Part shown: positions 58,195 through 64,000 of the stretch, piece after piece
Layout: each line of letters opens with the position of its first letter
Position numbering within the stretch: the stretch's first letter is position 1
Assembly (NCBI GenBank): GCA_028749115.1
Contig: JAQURD010000010.1
Location: forward strand, 7,596-71,595
Direction: 5' to 3'
DNA from: Acidobacteriota bacterium
GTDB lineage: Bacteria; Acidobacteriota; Aminicenantia; Aminicenantales; Saccharicenantaceae
DNA length: 64,000 nt
Translations under genes and position numbers: made by a program
The notes under the pieces: generated by a model
The model's input: the letters and a program-made list of their open reading frames with translations, nothing else
Database searches by the model: none
What the model was told of the DNA's origin: nothing

Positions 58195-61100
58195 ATGTTT
58201 GTCCAGCGTCATCATAGAGATTTGAACAGGTGGAAATCCAGAAAGAGGAGCGGGCTGACTGTTCGGCTGGCAACTTTTCTAGGCGTTTTCTTTTTGGTTT
58301 TATTATTTCTTGCTGCAACAGCCGACGAACATTTTTCTTCCAGCCTGAAATATAAAGGTCAGAATTCTGCTGGCCAGGAACATAACGTATTTACTTCTCC
58401 AGGCCAATCATTTGGAGCAGAATGTTCTCATAGTTTTCTAATCAAGCAGCTCAGCTATCTCAGCCGTCAAACAAAGGAAAGCGGCTTTCCCGGGTATGAT
58501 GTCCTAACGCCAGATTTCCTGGCAGTAGATTTTGGTTCTTCTTTAAGTTCCAGTATAAATAATGAGACAACATCTTCAGCTTATACCTTGGTTGAGAAGA
58601 GTTCGGAAGATTCTTTCCGGACAACCTCGTCAGGCGTCAACACTAAACCAGATTCCAGCCAGGAACTTACCGGCCGGAAGAAAATTGAGCAACTCATAGC
58701 TGAAGAAAAATTACAATCTGCAGCCGGGGAGTGTGCCGCTCTTCGCCAGGAAGCTCAAAAGGCCAACGACCCTTCACTCTGGACGTGGGCGCTTATAACT
58801 GAAGCTCAGCTCCGGGCCGCAGTGGGCGAGATAGAAAAAGCAGTTGACCTCCTGATGACCGAGCCCTGGCCCGCATCTCCTCTTGAACGCGATCTGCTCA
58901 GCCTGTTTTACGGCAAAGCTCTGGCTGACTATTATCACGCCAATGACTGGGAGATAAACCGGCGAGAGCGGCTTGGCGGCATTAACCGTCATTCTACAGA
59001 CCTGAGCACCTGGACTAAGGATGAATTCTCAGCTGAAATCTGGCAGGCCTTTCTTAGAGCCTGGAAGGATCGTAACCGGCTGGCCCCGGCCCAGGTCTCG
59101 GATTTTCCTGATTTCTGGGAAGCTGGCAATTACCCGTCAGGCGTCCGCGATACCCTGCAGGATGACCTTGTTTACGAGTTAAATGATTTCCTGATTAACT
59201 CTCGTTTCTGGACACCAGGCCAGGCAAATGGCATCTGGTGCCTTGATCTCAATCGGCTACTTTCCTCGGCCGGGAAAACCAGTGGCAAGGAAGCTCTCAG
59301 AATTATTACTTCTTCCGCCAGTCACCCCATCGAGAAGGCTGTGGCTATTCTCAGCGAGCATGAGAACTGGTGCCGGCGCTCGGGGCGCCTGGAAGCTTCT
59401 CTAGAAGCTCGCTTTGAACTTGTCCAGTCTCTTTATATATTTTTTGAAGGAGAGGAACATCAGGCTGCCATCAGGCGTCACCTTGAAAATTATCTGGCAT
59501 CCCCGGCCAATTCCCGCTTACCCTGGTGGGCGATGGGGCAAGCTAAGCTAGCTCAGTGGGTTATGAATGAAGACTTACCGGATGCTCGCTTCAGAGCCAG
59601 GGAAATAGCTCTTAAGGGGGCGAAACGTTTCCCACTTTCCTGGGGTGGCAACTCTTGCCTCCAGCTGGTCAAAAGCATCGAGCGACCGGAATTCTGGATT
59701 GAAACCATGCGGACAGACCTGCCCGGACGTCGTTCGATCCGTATTACCCACTGCAATCTTGAACATCTTTACTTCCGGGCCTTCGCCATCGACCGGGAGA
59801 GTGTACTTCAGAAGTTTATGAACAGTGTCCCCTGGGATTTTTCTTCACGGATAAAAGGCAAGGAGAGAGCCAAAATACTGGCTGCTCGCCGTCCCGATGC
59901 TTCCTGGGTGGTTAACCTTGAAAAGCGGGGTGATTACAGAAACCACACTACTTACTCAGGCTTGCCCGCCGATCTTAAAACAGGCTTTTACCTCATAGTG
60001 GCCTCAGCCAGAGAAGACTTTGCTCTTGACACCAACAATATAATCGGCTTTTTAGTCAGTTTGAGCAACCTGGCAGTTCTGGCGCGCCTTAATGAGGAAG
60101 CCAGAGTAGAAGAGGTAATGGTTCTTTCTGGAGAAACGGGCCAACCAGTTTCTGGAGCCACAGTTGAACTTTATGGCTCCGATTGGAACCTGGGTGAAGA
60201 GTCAAACTTTAAAAAGTTAGATTCCAGGACGACTGATAACAGCGGGCTGGCCCGCTTCGAACTTAAAGAAGGAACAAGATTGGTTTACATCCAGACGGTA
60301 AAAAAAGATGAGGACTTTAGCCTTTCCTCCCGCCAGACATTTACTATCTGGGAAAGTGATGACCGGGAGACAAGGTCATCACTTATTTATACTGACCGTT
60401 CAGTCTATCGTCCCGGCCAGAAAATCCTGTGGAAAGTTCTCGGCTATAAAGGCAAAACAGAATCAGGTCGAATATCTTCTGAGGCCAGAGCTAACATCAC
60501 TGTCTGGCTTGAGGATGAGAACCGGGAGAAAGTGGCCCAGAAAACAGTTGTCACCAATAGTTTTGGTACGGCCAGCGGCGAATTCATCATTCCGGCAGCC
60601 GGGCGGCCGCTCGGTATCTGGCAACTGCGTTCTTCACTCGATGGCGCCGCCTATATCCAGGTCGAGGAATATAAGCGGCCGACTTTCGAGGTCAGTATTA
60701 ATGACCCCGAAAAACCACTCCGCCTTAAACGTCCCGCTAAGCTCAAGCTCAACGCCCGCTATTATTTTGGGCTGCCTGTGTCCGGAGGAAAAGTTATCTG
60801 GAAAGTAGAACGCCAGCCGGTTTATCTGGTGCGATCCTGGTCTTCAATCAGAGGCCGCCTCGAGATCGAGACCATAGCTGGAGGTGAAGGCCATCTGGCT
60901 AACGATGGAACTTTTGAACTTGAGTTCACGCCTGAAGCCAAAGAATCAGAAGAAGCTAAAGAGAGCGGTCTGTTCTATTCATATAGATTATCAGCGGATA
61001 TTACAGACGAGGGCGGCGAAACTCGTTCGGCTGAGCGTAGCTTCAATCTTGGTTTCATAGATGTTGAAGCCAGAGTTAAAGCTGCTAACGGCTTCTATCT

Positions 61101-64000
61101 GACCGGTGAGAAAGCGTCTTTCTCTATCAGCCGGACTGACCTAAATGGGATTCCGAAGCCTGGCCGGGGGACCTGGCGGGTTGTTGAGCTTGTTCAGCCC
61201 GAAAAAACACTTCTGCCAGCTGAGCAGCCTTTGTCTCCGGAACCTGGTACCGTTGACCCGGATTTCCCACCAACTACCGGAGATCTTCAACGGCCGCGCT
61301 GGGAAAAAATCAGCCCGGAAGAGGTTCTGGAACAGTGGGCTGAAGGGAAGGAAGTAGCGGGCGGGACGGCAGAGCATGACGCTAAAGGGCAGGCTATGGC
61401 CGAGGTCCCGGGCCTTTCCTCTGGAGCCTATAAATTCATCTACGAAACCAAAGACGATTTTGGGGTGACTGTGCGGGATGATATCTGCTTTTTGGTAGCC
61501 GGTGGGGACTCAGGCCCGCAACTTAAACTCCCCTTGGTGGTAAAGGCTGAAAAACCAAGCATTCGGGTTGGCGAGACAGCTCATTTTTTAGTTTCGAGTG
61601 GTATTGAGGGCCAACCTATCCGGTTTGAATTCTGGAGTGGCAATCGCCTCAAAGAAAGCCGTTGGCTGACCGCCGGTAAGGATAAAATAATTATCGAGGT
61701 ACCTGTCACCGAGGAGCTCAGGGGCGGATTCAGTGTTCGGGCTACGGCTCTCTGCGATTTTCAATTTATGAGTGAAGAGGCCTCGGTCTTTGTGCCCTGG
61801 GATAACAAGCAGTTGAAGCTGTCTTTCGCCACTTTCCGGGACAAACTCAAACCAGGTGAAGCCGAAACCTGGAAGGTGAAGGTGGAAAGTGCAGACAACA
61901 GGCCAGCGGAAAAGGGGGCAGCTGAAGTTCTGGCTTATATGTATGACAAAAGCCTTGACCTCCTGGCCGCGCACCATTCGCCTTCGGTTTTAGCTCTTTA
62001 TCCAGAGCTGACCGCCTCCAATTCCTGGAAGATAGAGCTGGAAAATCCAGACAGAGTGCTCGAAGTGTCATCAGCAGACTGGGGATTTAGGCCCGATTCT
62101 GAACATTTAAAAGAGGACAAATTCTTTTCTCTCTTCCGCTATGGATATCCGTTCAGAGGTTTTGGTGCTTTAAAAAAAGCAGGCGGGAGAGGAGTGGCCA
62201 CCAGCCGTGGAAACGAGGTGATAGTCGAGGCTGAGGCCCCAATCTTTGATGCTAAAAGCACAATAATGGCCCAGGCCCGGGTCAGTGAGAATTTTGATGA
62301 GAAAAAATACAAAATGAAGACTGAAGCTGAAAAGGCTGTGGAGCTCAGGTCGGATTTTTCAGAAACGGCCTTCTGGCAGCCGCATCTTCTCACGGGAAGC
62401 GACGGTTCGGTCACTATCGAATTTACCGTGCCCGATTCGGTCACTGCCTGGAAGGTGTTGGTCGAAGCTGTGACCCGCGAGCTGGCGGCTGGTTCGCTCG
62501 AGGCTGAAGCCCGGTCAGTCAAGGAACTCATGGTGAGGCCATACCTGCCGCGCTTCTTACGTGAAGGTGATGTGGCGGCGCTTCAGGTCATGGTCCAGAA
62601 CTCTTCCAGGGGCGAGCTTTCAGGACAGGTCACACTCGAAGTCACCGATCCTCAAACGGACGAAAATCTGCTGACGGCTTTTGGACTTGCGCCCGGAAGC
62701 GACAGAAAACCCTTTACGGTTAAACCAGGGCAGGGGAGCGTTGTTACTTTTCCACTCAAGACGCCGGCCCGCCCGGGCACGGTGGCTTTTAAGGTTGTGG
62801 CGACTGCCGGTAATCTGTCTGATGGCGAGCTGCGTCCTTTGCCCATACTTCCTGGCAGGATGCATCTTTCGCAATCACGCTTTGTCGCTCTTAAGGATGA
62901 GAAGCCGCGTCAGGTGGCTTTTGAGGAGATGGCTTCCGACAGCGACACGACGCGTCTCAATGAACAGCTGGTTATAACCGTTGATGGGCAGCTCTTTTAT
63001 AGCCTGCTTGAGTCTTTGCCTTACCTCATTAATTATCCTTATGAGTGTACCGAACAAACCCTTAACCGCTTCCTGGCAACGGGCATCCTGACCAGCCTCT
63101 ACGGTCAGTATCCGGGAGTGGTGCGTCTGGCCAAAGAGTTGAGCAAAAGAGAAACGGCTTATGAGGCTTTTGACCGGAGCGATCCAAACCGTAAGATGGT
63201 GCTCGAGGAAACTCCCTGGCTGGAAGAGGCGCGGGGTGGCGTCAGGGATAAGGCAGGAGCCGGTGATCAGGCTGGCCCGGATCCAGAGCTGGCCAGGGTT
63301 CTTAACCCGCAGGTAGCTGAGGCCGAGCGGAAAGCCAATCTTAAAAAGCTTCTCGATGCACAGCTCGCCTCTGGTGCCTTCCCGTGGTGGCCGGGCGGCC
63401 CGGAATCACCCTATATGACTCTATATATTGTCAACGGCTTGTCGAGGGCAATAGAGTTTGGAGTGGAGGTGCCCAAAGAGCCTGTCTCTAAGGCTATAGA
63501 GTATTTGCATAAACACTATATAGAGAGACTCTCCTTAGAGATGAAAGAAGATAAAAAAGACGGCGAGAGCCCGGGGCTAATCGTTTTCCTTAATTATGTT
63601 CTGACCAATTTCCCCGATAAAAGCTGGACGGGCGAGGCTTTCAATCAGGACGAAAGATCCCGGATGCTTGACTATTCCTTTAAGCACTGGCGCGAGTGTT
63701 CACTCTATCTTAGAGGGCTTCAGGCTCTAACTCTAAAGAGGGCTGGCCGGGTGGGCGACGCTACTCTTGTCTGGGAAAGCGTTATGGATAGAGCCCGCAC
63801 CACCGAAGAGGAGGGGACAAGCTGGATGCCTGAGGAGAGAAGCTGGCTCTGGTATAACGATACCGTTGAGAGCCAGGCTTTTGCCCTGCGCACCTTACTC
63901 GAGCTTAACCCGGCCGATAGCCGGGCGGCGGGAATTGTCCAGTGGCTTTTCCTTAATAAAAAGCTAAACCACTGGAAGTCAACCCGGGCGACAGCTGAGG
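58195..64000 (+). CDS. alpha-2-macroglobulin family protein with thioester site (3' partial, >1930 aa)
   Basis: Frame 1 is open from ATG 58195 to the window end (all track ORFs here are in another frame). Signal peptide; thioester motif PYECTEQTLNRF at ~63037-63072, in frame with the start; A2M-type ...WLFLNKKLNHWKSTRATAE near the end. Confidence 0.8.
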   Translation, partial: MFVQRHHRDLNRWKSRKRSGLTVRLATFLGVFFLVLLFLAATADEHFSSSLKYKGQNSAGQEHNVFTSPGQSFGAECSHSFLIKQLSYLSRQTKESGFPGYDVLTPDFLAVDFGSSLSSSINNETTSSAYTLVEKSSEDSFRTTSSGVNTKPDSSQELTGRKKIEQLIAEEKLQSAAGECAALRQEAQKANDPSLWTWALITEAQLRAAVGEIEKAVDLLMTEPWPASPLERDLLSLFYGKALADYYHANDWEINRRERLGGINRHSTDLSTWTKDEFSAEIWQAFLRAWKDRNRLAPAQVSDFPDFWEAGNYPSGVRDTLQDDLVYELNDFLINSRFWTPGQANGIWCLDLNRLLSSAGKTSGKEALRIITSSASHPIEKAVAILSEHENWCRRSGRLEASLEARFELVQSLYIFFEGEEHQAAIRRHLENYLASPANSRLPWWAMGQAKLAQWVMNEDLPDARFRAREIALKGAKRFPLSWGGNSCLQLVKSIERPEFWIETMRTDLPGRRSIRITHCNLEHLYFRAFAIDRESVLQKFMNSVPWDFSSRIKGKERAKILAARRPDASWVVNLEKRGDYRNHTTYSGLPADLKTGFYLIVASAREDFALDTNNIIGFLVSLSNLAVLARLNEEARVEEVMVLSGETGQPVSGATVELYGSDWNLGEESNFKKLDSRTTDNSGLARFELKEGTRLVYIQTVKKDEDFSLSSRQTFTIWESDDRETRSSLIYTDRSVYRPGQKILWKVLGYKGKTESGRISSEARANITVWLEDENREKVAQKTVVTNSFGTASGEFIIPAAGRPLGIWQLRSSLDGAAYIQVEEYKRPTFEVSINDPEKPLRLKRPAKLKLNARYYFGLPVSGGKVIWKVERQPVYLVRSWSSIRGRLEIETIAGGEGHLANDGTFELEFTPEAKESEEAKESGLFYSYRLSADITDEGGETRSAERSFNLGFIDVEARVKAANGFYLTGEKASFSISRTDLNGIPKPGRGTWRVVELVQPEKTLLPAEQPLSPEPGTVDPDFPPTTGDLQRPRWEKISPEEVLEQWAEGKEVAGGTAEHDAKGQAMAEVPGLSSGAYKFIYETKDDFGVTVRDDICFLVAGGDSGPQLKLPLVVKAEKPSIRVGETAHFLVSSGIEGQPIRFEFWSGNRLKESRWLTAGKDKIIIEVPVTEELRGGFSVRATALCDFQFMSEEASVFVPWDNKQLKLSFATFRDKLKPGEAETWKVKVESADNRPAEKGAAEVLAYMYDKSLDLLAAHHSPSVLALYPELTASNSWKIELENPDRVLEVSSADWGFRPDSEHLKEDKFFSLFRYGYPFRGFGALKKAGGRGVATSRGNEVIVEAEAPIFDAKSTIMAQARVSENFDEKKYKMKTEAEKAVELRSDFSETAFWQPHLLTGSDGSVTIEFTVPDSVTAWKVLVEAVTRELAAGSLEAEARSVKELMVRPYLPRFLREGDVAALQVMVQNSSRGELSGQVTLEVTDPQTDENLLTAFGLAPGSDRKPFTVKPGQGSVVTFPLKTPARPGTVAFKVVATAGNLSDGELRPLPILPGRMHLSQSRFVALKDEKPRQVAFEEMASDSDTTRLNEQLVITVDGQLFYSLLESLPYLINYPYECTEQTLNRFLATGILTSLYGQYPGVVRLAKELSKRETAYEAFDRSDPNRKMVLEETPWLEEARGGVRDKAGAGDQAGPDPELARVLNPQVAEAERKANLKKLLDAQLASGAFPWWPGGPESPYMTLYIVNGLSRAIEFGVEVPKEPVSKAIEYLHKHYIERLSLEMKEDKKDGESPGLIVFLNYVLTNFPDKSWTGEAFNQDERSRMLDYSFKHWRECSLYLRGLQALTLKRAGRVGDATLVWESVMDRARTTEEEGTSWMPEERSWLWYNDTVESQAFALRTLLELNPADSRAAGIVQWLFLNKKLNHWKSTRATAE

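Noticed and set aside
60308-63967. Track ORFs 60308..60808, 61145..61357, 62681..62977 and 63767..63967 on the plus strand
   Set aside because: All lie in frame 2, inside the long open frame-1 alpha-2-macroglobulin gene. They are Arg/Ser/Pro-rich out-of-frame artefacts of a GC-rich coding region.
1-64000. tRNA/rRNA genes
   Set aside because: Scanned intergenic gaps (for example 18946-19246, 19418-19780, 34855-35589, 57932-58194) for T-loop GTTCGAATC-like motifs and cloverleaf symmetry. None were recognisable by eye, but this cannot be ruled out without a covariance search.

Overview
This window appears to be chromosomal DNA from an anaerobic, diderm bacterium, with roughly 50% GC by eye. All calls are from reading the sequence only; no GC values, alignments or searches were computed.

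The first ~35 kb is a largely syntenic housekeeping backbone. It contains a 5'-partial RecD2-type helicase, a 55-aa rubredoxin (missed by the ORF track) with its FAD-dependent reductase, purA, alr, a CDF metal exporter, an MBL-fold hydrolase, a NifU-like protein, nadA, rubrerythrin, a CBS-domain site-2 protease, nth, a radical SAM protein, an archease-RtcB RNA-repair pair, PolX, and a complete histidine operon hisG-C-B-H-F-(A-I-E)-D on the minus strand. In that operon hisA, hisI and hisE are fused into one ORF.

At 7784..14128 a single 2114-aa ORF combines a TamB/AsmA-like N-terminal region with POTRA domains and an Omp85/BamA-type beta-barrel C-terminus.

The most interesting region is a visibly AT-rich island at about 36.9-48.6 kb. 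It is flanked and interrupted by dead IS elements (an IS481-like transposase pseudogene and two truncated IS3 elements). It carries what looks like an undescribed RiPP biosynthetic cluster:
- a 64-aa precursor peptide with a 33-aa leader and a (V-V-A)n hydrophobic repeat core (39007..39201);
- a B12-binding radical SAM enzyme with an N-terminal PqqD-like RRE, immediately downstream;
- a second RRE-bearing SPASM-domain radical SAM-like protein with a non-canonical Cx5C cluster motif;
- an ABC-2 exporter;
- a membrane HExxH protease;
- an AraC-type regulator.

Downstream at 48.6-58 kb lies a tandem ThyX-like protein with degenerate active-site motifs, followed by a recombinogenic patch. There, two Mth938-like paralogues show a gene-conversion mosaic and bracket a cassette carrying an M23 peptidase and a beta-propeller protein. 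The patch also holds a duplicated 85-87-aa gene family with decayed copies, and a TPR-PDZ protein.

The window ends inside a very large alpha-2-macroglobulin gene with a CTEQ thioester site (58195..64000). That gene is absent from the ORF track because it runs off the window end.
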